A DNA stretch of 64,000 nucleotides from Octopus sinensis (Eukaryota), in assembly GCF_006345805.1 (NCBI RefSeq), contig NC_042998.1, positions 206,150,001-206,214,000 on the forward strand, in the 5' to 3' direction. The notes beneath the pieces are model-generated. The model had not been told where the DNA came from and did no database searches. It was given only the letters and a program-made list of their open reading frames with translations. The translations under genes and the position numbers were made by a program. Position 1 is the first letter of the stretch. Each line of letters opens with the position of its first letter. Below are positions 1 through 12,975 of the stretch, in pieces.

Positions 1-734
1 CCTTTCATGTCCTACCAAACAGATAACACTTTACGTGGGTAAAGATCTTCTTTAGCCTGGGATGTCAGTGTTTCTCCTTTCCCTTACCCACTGTCTTTGG
101 CGCTTGACATTTTTATAAAGAACCCATTTCTTGCCATGAGACATGACAGCAAAGAAGAGTACACATTCACTCTCTGTACACAATTAGACTTGGAAGGTTT
201 GTGACGAACCCTTTGACCCAATTTACTGACTTTTCTGATGGCATGCAGGTATCAATGAATGGTTGAATGGCTAAATCCAAGCTTCTCTGCTAGTTCTTCA
301 ACAGTTACAACTGGATTTTGTTTCACCAGGATTTGCAGGACATCCTCATTGAGCTCTGCAGATCATCCAGGATGAGTCTCATCTTCTAGGCTGTAGTTTC
401 CAGCTTAGAATTTTTGGAACCATCGTTGACACTGACTTACACATATTGTCTGATCCCTATATACTGCATTAATATTCCTTGCATTTTCTGTTGCATTGCT
501 GCCTTATTGAACTCATACAGAAAAATATGCCAAACATATTCTTTTGCCACTTCCATTATAGCTTTGAAAAAATAACTGTTAAGATCAAACTGCACTCTTC
601 AAAACTTGCACTAAGAATAAGTACCAGGTAAAATTACTACCTGCTTTTATAGTAAGTTGATGCAGGTAGTTTATCCTGTCCTTCTCCAACTTTTAGTTCA
701 TGTAAATGAAAAACTGCATTATTTATGGGATGAC

Positions 735-740
<6 letters not shown>
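1..740 (-). mobile_element. Decayed mariner transposon, 5' end (TIR plus N-terminal HTH of transposase pseudogene)
   Basis: Minus-strand ATG at 556 gives MEVAKEYVWHIFLYEFNK..NATENARNINAVYRDQTICVSQCQRWFQKF*AGNYSLEDETHPG*SAELNEDVLQILVKQNPVVTVEELAEKLGFSHSTIH*, a mariner HTH region with stops and a frameshift. A TIR-like TATTGGGTCATCCCATAAATAATGCAGTTT at 740-711 abuts (TA)n. Confidence 0.85.
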
Positions 741-774
<34 letters not shown>

Positions 775-935
775 GACTGAATATTTTTAAAATCTTAGAA
801 ACACTTGTAGGGTTGATTAGAAATACCTTTTTTCCTCACAGACTAATAACAGGTAAGTTTTATATATATTTTTTCAAACAATTTTATTGTATTTTGTAGT
901 AGGTTTTTTAACTGCTTATATTATTTTATTGGATA

Positions 936-2217
936 CTAGCAGCATAACCCGGCATTGCCTGGGTATGTAAGAAACTTTGTCGATAAGCAATGCCCTTTAC
1001 CTTTTTTGTACTCATTGAACCGTTATTTTGTAAAATGAAGCCTAAAAGGCATGAAGGCACCGTTCCCTTGCATGCATGAAGAAAATCTATGACAGTCAAA
1101 GTGCATTTTCTGGTTTTGTTTAGCACACCCAACCCAGTTCTGCGGGATCAGTGTCATGACGGGAACGTATGGGTTGAGAGTTTGACAGGCAGAGGTGATA
1201 AGGTTGCACATGCCGGCCCTTTTGAACCCCCCCCGAACCCAAGTTGTGTTCGGACCACAGCTAAGCCCTACCTAATCCTGACTTAAGTCTAGCGAAAGGG
1301 GACTCGGGAGCCTCTAGTAGGCAACGACTAATCCCGATCTAGTCCTTTCCCTCTAAGGAACGAAGGCGCTTGTGTAGGTTGCAACGTCTTCTCTTCACTC
1401 CAATACTTCTATGTATACGACGTTCCAAGCTGAAGCGGCAAAAATCGACTAAATCGCCTGAAATCTGCGAACTATTTAACAAAAGTCAGTTTTGTAGGGT
1501 TCGCATGGTCGGTCTCAAAGTGATATGGTTTTGTCGATTTCTCCCAATACTTGTTAACTGCATTGACAAAAGGTCGTTAGTTTGACATTTAATGCAAACT
1601 TGATGTCTAACATCGGTGTAGGGAAAATCTATGTGAACTTTCAAAAATTATCGCAGAAAAATCGGTTTGCTATGTGTGCCACATATGATATAATTAACCG
1701 ATTTTTTCCAGTAATAACGTATCCTATTGGAATCAAAAGGGCCATATAGCTCCTTGGAGCAGACATGATGCTCGCTGTGAATTTCAAAATAAATTCTTGC
1801 CAATTTGTTAAAGATATTGTCGAAAATATGTCATCTTGAATTTGAATGCGATTTCCCAAAATGGCATGATTTTATCAATTTTTTTCTGATGGTAAGGTAT
1901 TGCATGGAAAACTAACGTCAGAATTAAGTTCCTTAGGGTAACATTAAGCTTCAGCATGAGTTTGGTGAAAATCGATTGCAAGTTGCGAAAACTACAACGG
2001 AAAATGTGTTGCATATGATAAGCTTAGATTCTTGACCCCATGTTGAATTTATCGATTTTTTTCAGAACTGGGGGAACTTTTCAAAATTTTCGCTGCGTTA
2101 GTTTTGAATTATGACATTGGGCTATGTGAGTGTCAAGTTTCATCAGAATCGGTTGAAAGCCGTGGTCAGGGTGAGGGTACAACCTGACAGACAAACTGCC
2201 TTTTATATATATAGAGA
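936..2217 (-). mobile_element. Non-autonomous Helitron, ~1.28 kb, both ends intact
   Basis: Minus strand starts A^TCTCTATATATATAAAAGGCAG at 2217 and ends with hairpin ACCCAGGCAATGCCGGGT then CTAG^T at 939-936. A^T target, no TSD. The 5' ~200 bp is shared with the element at 9913. Confidence 0.8.
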
Positions 2218-2304
2218 TAACTTTCTATGTGTATTTCATACAATAAGTTTATCCTGAAATAGGAGTTGCAGTTCTATTGGTAAAATCCCAAATTTGTAAT
2301 ATAT

Positions 2305-2575
2305 CATCATCATCGTTTAACGTCCGCTTTCCATGCTAGCATGGGTTGGACGTATGACTGAGGGCTGGTGAACCAGATGGCTGCACCAGGCTTCAATCTT
2401 GATCTGGCAGAGTTTCTACAGCTGGATGTCTTTCCTAACACCAACCACTCTTAGAGTGTAGTGGGTGCTTTTATGTGCCACTGGCATGGGGCCAGTCAGG
2501 CAGCACTGGCAACGACCTTGCTGGAATCTTTTACACATGCCACCGGCGTGGGTGCCAGTAAAGCGATGCTATATT
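2305..2575 (-). mobile_element. 5'-truncated RTE 3' tail or RTE-tailed SINE
   Basis: (CAT)n-CGTTTAACGTCCGCTTTCCATGCTAGCATGGGTTGGACG is the reverse complement of the (GAT)n-tailed 3' UTR of the RTE at 37756-38360. Confidence 0.8.
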
Positions 2576-2699
2576 TGCCAATGTCCCTCAAGAGCATGTC
2601 TCAACCCGTCTGCACCATCATTTCTCTTTATCTTACTCTCCCTTCTACTCTAGACCTTAAATCTCTCAGCTGGCACAAAGCCACAGCCTCTCAATACTA

Positions 2700-2905
2700 T
2701 TCTCCCCCTCCCAGGATTTCTGTCTTGCAAGCCACTTGCTGATCCTGTCATTGCTGGTGCCATGATAAAGAATACCCAGTAAACTCTGTAAAGTAGTTGG
2801 CAAAACAGACAACTGGAGCCTGGTGCGGCTCTCCCACTTGCCAACTACTGTCAAACCATCCAACCTATGCCAGCATGGAAAACAGACATTATATGATGAT
2901 GGTGA
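2700..2905 (+). mobile_element. Older RTE-tailed SINE or tail fragment
   Basis: Diverged ..TCCAACCTATGCCAGCATGGAAAACAGACATTATATGATGATGG tail. Confidence 0.6.
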
Positions 2906-3028
2906 TAATGTGTTAGTATGTGTTCATGTCCTCTTGTCTCCATATTTCTTGATAGTTGTAAACAAGTAAAGGTTCATAGCAAAAAAGAGCACTTGGCTGA
3001 AGAAAATATGTTATATATATATATGTAT

Positions 3029-3510
3029 AATCTCTTATGATAAAAGGCAGATTTTCTCTGCCTGTTACCATGTTTGTTTTTAATACAATTGTACAATATA
3101 CAATTTCTTCAATTGGAATTTACCTATGATTTTTCGAAGTAGATTCGATTGGGTCATGGCATATAAATTTTTTTCAATTTGACCCCCAATTAAGCAAAAA
3201 TTAGATCAAACTCAATATTTTACGATTTGCCTCTCTCATTTCAAATGCTTCACTCTTTCTAGTACCACACTTTCTGCTACTTTCTCTTTGCAAGTGTACA
3301 CACACATAGACATGCAAACATATACATATATGATTGCTTCTCTCATTTCAAATGCTTTCCTCCGTCTATTACCACACTTTCTCCTACTTCCTCTTTGCAA
3401 GCGGGGAAACAGATACACGTGCATTTTTTTTCGGAAAGTTCTTTTGAAGTTGGTGTGCATCGGAAGCATTGATGTACATGTGTGCGTGCGTGAGTGTGTG
3501 TGTGTGTTAT
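3029..3510 (+). mobile_element. Helitron-like fragment, 5' part
   Basis: Begins TCTCTTATGATAAAAGGCAG. Internal blocks (CAATTTCTTCAATT.GAATTTACCTA; GCATTGATGTACATGTGTGCGTG) match 22579-23140. No 3' CTAG end seen. Confidence 0.55.
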
Positions 3511-3534
3511 ATGTCTGGCCGCAGCTCTGAGCTT

Positions 3535-4803
3535 TTTTTTTTTTTTCTTTTCCTAGTTTCAGCTCAGAGCTGCGGCCATGCTGATGCACCGCCGTTTTGT
3601 GCTACACTGTTATTGCGACGAACCTCGTCTAATATGTGGCACTTGGTGAAGAATGGAGTTTGATACAGCTACTCTCATTTGCACCTCTTGCCGTGAGGTA
3701 GGTTCATCTGGGACTCTTGACAGGAAGATGTCCAGCTTTGATTTAAAAACCGCTACATCTACTTTGTGCAAATTCCTCAGACTCTTTTGGGAGAATATTA
3801 AAAAGCCTGAAACCCAGGCTGTTGCAGAAGCTGCTCCTGAAACGTGATGGCATTGCTGGGATCTTTGGCACTATGCAGTGTCGTCCCGTTCTAGCATTGG
3901 TGTAGCTTACAATGCCAAAATTTGGCACAATTCCTTCCAGGATCTTCCAGACATATATTACTGCATACCTCTCCTGTCTTCTCTCCAGGGAGTAGAGTCT
4001 TAGCTGTTTCAACCTTTCCCAGTAGCTGACCTGTTGCAGAGACGATCTTCTTTGTGAATCTTCTCTGGATTGCTTCAAGGTCCGCTGTTAATTTTACACT
4101 GGTGGGTGACCATAGCTGTGAGCAGCAATCCAGGCGACTGAGGATGAATGTCCGCCAGAGAACCATCATGGTTTCCTTATCTCTGGTTCTGAATGTTCTA
4201 AGGATCCACCCAGCCAGTCGTCAGCACTTTGTTGCCATCCTGGTAATGTGCACTTGGAAAGAGGTATCATCACTCATGTCGATACCCAGGTCCCTCACAG
4301 ACTTAGGCTCTGAGATTGAAATTCCCTGTGGACTGGTGTATCCTGTATGTTTAATATTCAGTTTTGGATGCTGGTAGTGCAGGGCCTGGAATTTTTCAGC
4401 ATTAAACTGCATATTATTATCCTCAGCCCATCTGTAGATTGAGTCCAACTCCTGCTGCAGGTGTGCAACATTGCTGGGGTTCTGTATTTTCTGCGAGACT
4501 TTCGTATTGTCTGCATAGCTGGCCAGAGTGGCTATCCGGGCATTTGAGGGCATATCTGAGAGGGCCACTATAAAAAGCAGTGGTCCCAAGACAGTGCCCT
4601 GTGGAACACCGCTCACTATTTGTGTGTTCATAGAGGTGGCTCCATTAACCAATACTGCCTGACTCCTATCTTTCAGGAAGTCATGCAACCACACTCCAAG
4701 TTTTCCAGCTATGCCGAGGTCACGTAGTTTGTGGCATATCATACCATGATCCACCTTGTCAAAAGCTTTTGCAAAATCAAGGTAGATTACGTCCACATTT
4801 GAT
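3535..4803 (-). mobile_element. CR1-group LINE, family A, 5'-truncated 3' portion
   Basis: RT motifs [32 protein letters not shown]; C-terminal LYSLERRQERY..WKILEG; 3' end GCATGGCCGCAGCTCTGAGCTGAAACTAG plus A-rich tail. Frameshifted. Confidence 0.9.
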
Positions 4804-4804
4804 T

Positions 4805-5500
<696 letters not shown>

Positions 5501-5674
5501 AACCTTTTGGTAACATGAATTGGTTATCAGATTAAATTTATAATTTCAGATGAATAATATATTTACTTTATTACCTAATATATGAGTGCCTGTTATTTTC
5601 TGACCCACGAAAATTGCTTTTTTATGTGTGCTTGCAGCATGTATATATGTATCCAGCTTTCTATGCATACATAT

Positions 5675-5705
<31 letters not shown>

Positions 5706-5706
<1 letters not shown>

Positions 5707-6637
5707 CATCATCATCATCATCATCATCATCGTTTAGCGTCCGTTTTCCATGCTAGCATGGGTTGGACGGTTCTACTGGGGTCTGTGAAGCCAGAAGGCT
5801 TCATCAGGCCCAGTCAAATCTGGCAGTGTTTCTACGGCTGGATGCCCTTCCTAACGCCAACCACTCCGTGAGTGTAGTGGGTGCTTTTTACGTGCCACCC
5901 GCACTGGTGCCAGACAGAGCTGCAAATGGCCACGAACGGATGGTGCTTTTTATGTGCCACCGGCACGAGGGCCAGGCGAGGCTGGCAACGGACACGAAAC
6001 GGGGCGGTGCTGGCAACGGTCGCGAAACGGAAAGTTCTCTTACATGCCACCGGCACTGGTAACACATCTGCAATTTCCATTGATCGATTTCGATTCTGAT
6101 CGTCACTTGCCTCAACGGGTCTTCACAAGCAGAGTTTTGACATGCCACCGGCACTGGTAGCACATCCGCAATTTCCATTGATCGATTTCGATTTTGATCC
6201 TCACTTGCCTCAACACATCTTCACAAGTAGAGTTTTGTGTCCCAAGAAGGGAAGGTATGCATACGTAGGCTGGCTCCATCCCATGTAGAAGGCCACGGGT
6301 TATGGACTCACTTGTCCTGCCGGGTCTTCTCGCGCACAGCACACTTCCAGAGGTCTCGGTCTCTAGTCATTTCCTCAGTGAGACCTAAAGTACGAAGGTC
6401 GTGCTTCACCACCTCGTCCCAGGTTTTCCTGGGTATGCCTCTTCCACAGGTTCCCTCAACCGCTAGGGTGTGGCACTTTTTCACCCAACTATCTTCATCC
6501 ATTCTCGCCACATGACCATACCAGCGCAAACGTCTCTCTTGCACACCACAACTGATGCTTCTTAGGTCCAGCTTTTCTCTCAAGGTACTTACACTCTGCC
6601 GAGTGTGAGTACCGGCATTACACATCCATCGGAGCAT
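5706..6637 (-). mobile_element. RTE LINE 3' end (ORF C-terminus plus 3' UTR)
   Basis: LRWMCNAGTHTRQSV..RRLRWYGHVARMDED..GRGIPRKTWDEVVKHDLR..EKTRQDK*. Near-identical to the reverse complement of 37430-38360. Confidence 0.92.
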
Positions 6638-6684
6638 ATCCCGTCCAACCCGTGCTAGCGAGGAAAACGGACGTTAAACGATGA

Positions 6685-6922
6685 TAATGATATATATATA
6701 CATATATATATATATATACACATATATATATACACATATATATACATATATATATATATATACACATATATATACATACATATATATATACATACATATA
6801 CACATATATATATACATATACATATATATATACATATACATATACACATACATATATATATATACACATATATATATATATATACATATATATATACATA
6901 CATATATATATACATACATATA

Positions 6923-6956
<34 letters not shown>

Positions 6957-7001
6957 ATACATACATATACATTATATATATACATATACATATATATATA
7001 C

Positions 7002-7033
<32 letters not shown>

Positions 7034-7415
7034 ATATACATACATATATATATTACATACATATATGTATTAATACATATATGTATATACATACATATAT
7101 ATATACATATATATATATATACATATACATATATATATACATATATATATACATATATATCTATTACATATATATATACATATATACATATATATACACA
7201 TATATATATACACATATATATACACATATATATATACACATATATATACACATATATATACACATATATATACACATATATATATACATATTTACACATA
7301 TATATACACATATATACATATATATATACACATATACATATACATATATATATATATATACATATATACATATATACATATATACACATATATATATACA
7401 CATATATATATACAC

Positions 7416-7453
<38 letters not shown>

Positions 7454-7500
7454 ATATATATATATATATAAATATATACATATTATATATATACATATAT
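6685..7500. repeat. Compound (TA)n/(TACA)n microsatellite
   Basis: Directly visible. Confidence 0.95.
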
Positions 7501-7501
7501 A

Positions 7502-7955
7502 TGGAGGCAGGAGAGATATGCAGTGATATACATCTGGAAAATCCTGGAGGGTCTTGTCCCAAACTTTGGCATTCAAAGTTACCCCAACTGCAGAACGGGG
7601 TGCCACTGCATGGTGCCAAAGATTCCAACATCACCATCAAAAATACAGGTCCAGATACTGCAACAGCTTGGGTTTCAGAGGACCACAGCTCTTTAACATC
7701 CACCCCAAATGCCTGAGAGACTTACATGGTATGGATGTGGGTTTCTTTAAAACTAAACTGGTTCTCTTCTTGTCGGGAGTCCCAGATGAACCTACCTCAC
7801 GACAGGAGACGCAGATGCGGGCAGCAGCATCGAACTCCCTTGTTGATGAAGTGCCACGTATCAGAGGTGGATTCACAAATTAGTGTAGCTCATTCAGCAG
7901 TAGTGCCCCAGCATGGCCGCGGCCTTCAGGCTAAAACATTTTTAAGGATTTTAAG
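7502..7955 (+). mobile_element. CR1-group LINE family A, 3' end
   Basis: [57 protein letters not shown]; tail TGCCCCAGCATGGCCGC. Confidence 0.88.
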
Positions 7956-7974
7956 AATATATATATATATATGC

Positions 7975-8062
<88 letters not shown>

Positions 8063-8217
8063 ATATATATATATATAATATATAACATGTATATATATAT
8101 ATATAATAATATAATATATATACATATATATATACATATATATATCATATATATATATAATATATCATATATATATATATATAGACATATATATATATAT
8201 TATATATATATATATCA

Positions 8218-8720
8218 ATCATCATCATCATCATCATTGTTTAGCGTCCGTTTTCCATGCTAGCATGGGTTGGACGGTTCTACTGGGGTCTGTGAAGCCA
8301 GAAGGCTTCATCAGGCCCAGTCAAATCTGGCAGTGTTTCTACAGCTGGATGCCCTTCCTAACGCCAACCACTCCGTGAGTGTAGTGGGTGCTTTTTACGT
8401 GCCACCCGCACTGGTGCCAGACAGAGCTGGCAAACGGCCACGAACGGATGGTGCTTTTTATGTGCCACCGGCACGGGGCCAGGCGAGGCTGGCAACGGAC
8501 ACGAAACAGGGCGGTGCTGGCAACGGTCGCGAAACGGAAAGTTCTCTTACATGCCACCGGCACTGGTAACACATCTGCAATTTCCATTGATCGATTTCCA
8601 TTGATCGATTTCGATTCTGATCGTCACTTGCCTCAACGGGTCTTCACAAGCAGAGTTTTGACATGCCACCGGCACTGGTAGCACATCCGCAATTTCCATT
8701 GATCGATTTCGATTCTGATG
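8218..8720 (-). mobile_element. RTE 3' UTR copy
   Basis: Near-identical to 5706-6190. Confidence 0.9.
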
Positions 8721-8838
<118 letters not shown>

Positions 8839-8867
8839 TATACATATATACATACATATATACATAT

Positions 8868-8892
<25 letters not shown>

Positions 8893-8900
<8 letters not shown>

Positions 8901-9371
8901 ATATAAGACAATGGTCACTATGTGGCTCATTCTAGCACTAGAAAATGCAAAAGGTTTCAACCACAAAAATACATGTTTCCTATGAAGTCAGTACGATTGT
9001 TAGCTCACACGAACAGGGCAAATAAAAATAACAAAAAATACAGATTATTTTGGGACAATTGTTTCACTATTAATGAATTAAATGTTATTTTACTTACAAA
9101 AAACCCTCTTGTAGCTCCTCAGCCAAAACTATAGTTTTGGCTGAGGAGCTACAAGTGGGTTTTTTGTAAGTAAAATTACATTTAATTCATTAATAGCGAA
9201 ACAATTGTCCCAAAATAATCTGTATTTTTGTTATTTTTTATTTGCCCTATTCGTGTGAGCTAACAATCGTACTGACTTTCATAGGAAACATGTATTTTTG
9301 TGGTTGAAACCTTTTGCATTTTCTAGTGCTAGAATGAGCCACATAGTGACCATTCTCTTATATTTATTTTT
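8893..9371. repeat. Spacerless ~480-bp palindrome (fold-back or MITE-like)
   Basis: Centre ..CAGCCAAAACTA|TAGTTTTGGCTG.. at 9131/9132. Arms ~240 bp with about 5 substitutions and 3 small indels. Flanked by TA-rich tracts. Confidence 0.95.
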
Positions 9372-9514
9372 GTATAAAATATTATAATATATTATAAAAT
9401 ATTATAATAATCCAGGTTTCTTGAGGCACTGGGCCACTTGGTGTTGAATAGGTATGCTATTAAATTAGTATCTAATTCTCTCACCCTTATTAATTAATTA
9501 TATATATATATATA

Positions 9515-9894
9515 TATTGATTGATTGATTGATTCTAGTTTCAGCTCACGAGCTGCGGCCATGCTGGGGCACCGCCATTTGGTGTTGCTACATGGTTTTA
9601 CTTCACGAATGCTTTTTAGCAACTGCCATTTGGTGCATGAGAGAGTTCGATGCAGTTGCCCTCATCTGCACCTCCTGTCGTGAAGTTGGTTCATCTGGGA
9701 TAACTGACAAGAAGAGATCCAGTTTCATTTTAAAGACATCAGCATCCACCCCATGCAGGTCTCTTAGATTCTTCGGGAGGATATTGAAGAGCTGTGGGCC
9801 TCGGAAGCCCAGGCTATCACAGTATCTTGTCCTACATCTTGATGGCAATTTTGGAGTCCTAGGCACCACACAGTGGCGCCCAGTTCTGGCATTT
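9515..9894 (-). mobile_element. CR1-group LINE family A, 3' end; probably the distal part of the element at 12976-16594
   Basis: [61 protein letters not shown]; tail TGCCCCAGCATGGCCGCAGCTCGTGAGCTGAAACTAG(AATC)n. Confidence 0.88.
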
Positions 9895-9912
9895 CTAAAG
9901 GTTCTGAGAATA

Positions 9913-10294
9913 TCTCTCTCTATATAAACGGCAGTTTGTCTGTGCGTGTTTCTGTGTGTCTGTTTTCTTATACCCTCACCCTGACCACGGCTTTCAACCG
10001 ATTCTGATGAAACTTGACACACGCATAGCTCAATGTCATAATTTAAAACTAACACAGCAAAAATTTTGAAAAGTTCCCCCAGTTCTGAAAAAAATCGATA
10101 AATTCGACATGGGGTCGAGAATCAGAAACACAAACCACAGACTGTCTAGGGGACGCAACTCGACCTTTTTTAACTAAAAAAAAAATTTACCATTATTTTT
10201 TTCCATCTTTTTGCTATTTTGTGGCTATAACTCTCCAAAAATGCTTTATAGTTATTTCCCTTACAAACTGAGCAACGCCGAGCGATACTGCTAG
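9913..10294 (+). mobile_element. Short non-autonomous Helitron, ~380 bp
   Basis: A^TCTCTCTCTATATAAACGGCAG start; 3' CTGAGCAACGCCGAGCG hairpin-like segment then CTAG^T. Confidence 0.8.
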
Positions 10295-10394
10295 TTATAT
10301 ATAAAGGTTCTGAGAATATTATATATATATTATATATTATATATATTATATATATATATATATATTATATATATATATATTATATATATTATAT

Positions 10395-10427
<33 letters not shown>

Positions 10428-10694
10428 ATATATATATATCATTATATATATATATTATATATATATATATTTTTGTATAATATATATATATTATATATAT
10501 ATATATATATTATTGTATATATATATATATATATATATTATATAATATATATTATATATATATATATTATATTATATATATTAATATATATTATATATAT
10601 ATATATATTATATATATATATATATATGATTTTGATTTTTCCAGTTTCAGCTAATGATCTGTGGCCATGCTGGGGCAGCCCGCCATATATTATA

Positions 10695-10743
<49 letters not shown>

Positions 10744-10746
<3 letters not shown>

Positions 10747-11085
10747 TCATCATCATCATCATCGTTTAACGTCCGTTCTCCATGCTAGCATGGGTTGGAC
10801 GGTTCGACCGGGGATCTGGGAAGCCAGAAGGCTGCACCAGGCTCCAGTCTTATCTGGCAGTGTTTCTACAGCTGGATAGCCTTCCTAACGCCAACCACTC
10901 CGTGAGTGTAGTGGGAGCTTTTTACGTGCCACCTGCACAGGTGCCAGGCGAGGCTGGCAACGGCCACGGTCGGATTGGTGTATTTTATGTGCCACCGGCA
11001 CGGAAGCCAGGCGAGGCGGTGCTGGCATCTGCCACGAGTCGGATGGTGCTTTTTACGTACCACTAGACCAGGGATCCTGGCTGGT
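10744..11085 (-). mobile_element. RTE 3' tail copy within (TA)n
   Basis: (CAT)n plus RTE 3' UTR core (GGATAGCCTTCCTAACGCCAACCACTCCGTGAGTGTAGTGG). Confidence 0.85.
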
Positions 11086-11086
11086 T

Positions 11087-11161
<75 letters not shown>

Positions 11162-11170
11162 ATATATATT

Positions 11171-11215
<45 letters not shown>

Positions 11216-11280
11216 AATATTATATTATATATTATATATATATTATATATATATTATATATTAATTATATATATACATAT

Positions 11281-11430
11281 CATCATCATCATCATCGTCG
11301 TTTAACGTCCGTTCTCCATGCTAGCATGGGTTGGACGGTTCGACCGGGGTTCTGGGAAGCCAGAAGGCTGCACCAGGCTCCAGTCTAATTTGGCAATGTT
11401 TCTACAGCTGGATGCCCTTCCTAACGCCAA
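11281..11430 (-). mobile_element. Short RTE 3' tail copy
   Basis: Similar to 10744-10890 and ends abruptly in (TA)n. Confidence 0.85.
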
Positions 11431-11510
11431 TATATATATATATACATATATATATATTATATATATATATATATATTATATATATTATATATTATAATAT
11501 ATATATATAT

Positions 11511-11552
<42 letters not shown>

Positions 11553-11595
11553 CATATATATATATAATATATATATTATATACTCATATATATAT

Positions 11596-11647
<52 letters not shown>

Positions 11648-12975
11648 CTTTGATACTTTGATAGGTTTCGGCCATTATTGGCCCAGGCCATGTCTAACTT
11701 AATAGCACCACCTGGTGAAGTCTTTCAAGTCAGAATTTGGGCACTATGGCCCACTCAAGTAGAGAGTTATTGTTTACAGAGACATATCCGGGTGTAGGGG
11801 GTTTATCCGGGATTTCTTGAAGGAATCTGTCCAAAGACTTCTTGAACCCTATAGGGTCAGTTTCTGTTTTAATGTGTTTTGGTGTAATGTTAAAGAGAGC
11901 GGGGCCAATTGAGGTGAAATAATTGTGCCGTATTGTTGTTATGAGATGAGAGTGCGATTCTGTTTTGGGCGGATGGCACGGGGCCCAAGCCTTGGATGTA
12001 CCTTAAAGGTGATGCCAACATCATTTGGGCAATGCTGATGGAATATTTTCCACATCATGCAGATGATGTAGCGCTCACGACGACGTTGGAGAGAATAGAG
12101 TTTTAGCTTTTCTAGTCGACCCCAATAGTCGAGGCCTGTCATGCCATCTATCTTTTTTGTGATTGCCCTTTGAGGTGCTTCAACTTTTATGATACCTTGT
12201 ATTGTGTGGGGAGACCACAGTGGACAACAGTATTCAAGGTGGGGCGGGCAAAAGTGAGAAGAGAAGGATAATGGTGTGGATATCTCTCGACTGGAAAGTT
12301 CTGAGAATCCAGGAACACATTCTGCGGCCCATGTCAACTTTGGTGTTTATATGAGTGGCCAGCTTATGTCGTTGTCCACAATTACTCCAAGTCTCTGATG
12401 TTGTTGGACGCCGCGAGAGTTTCACCTGAAGGATGGGAGTATGGGAGTTTCAGGGCATCCCCTTTTCCAAAGTGGATTAGCTCAAATTATCCTCGTTCAG
12501 CAGCATATTGTTTTTTTCTGCCCATTGGATAACAGCCAGTAGATCTGACTGAAGGCATGTCCGGTCACTCGCCTCATTTATGACCTTCTGTAGCTTGGAG
12601 TCATCTGCAAGATTTTTATGTTGCTGTGCTTGATGATGTCATTAATGTCATTAATGTAAATGATGAAAAGAAGTGGGCCCAGCACAGTGCCTTGCGGAAC
12701 GCCACTACTGACTTTGGCTGGGCATGATTTTACCCCTTCAACTACAACATGTTGAGATCTGTCTGTCAGGAAACACTTAATCCATTTCAGTAACTTTCCA
12801 GAGACACCAATGTTGGATAGTTTTTTCAATAGGATCTAGTGATCGACCCTGTCGAAGGCCTTACTGAAATCAAGGTAGATGACATCGGTATTGGAGCCCT
12901 CTCCCAAAGCTCTCAAAATGTCCTCAAAGTGATGCAGGAGCTGCGTTAGGCATTCCCTTCCATTACGGAACCCAT
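11648..12975 (-). mobile_element. CR1-group LINE family B, 5'-truncated
   Basis: [86 protein letters not shown]; 3' tail (ATCAAAGT)n. Confidence 0.9.

Noticed and set aside
1275-1350. Hammerhead ribozyme (CTGA..GAAA)
   Set aside because: The core reads CTGACTT rather than CTGANGA, and the stems do not fit the hammerhead topology.
9896-10319. 18-bp direct repeat TAAAGGTTCTGAGAATAT as a Helitron TSD
   Set aside because: Removing the Helitron at its A^T site leaves a pre-existing ~24-bp tandem duplication, so it is not a TSD.
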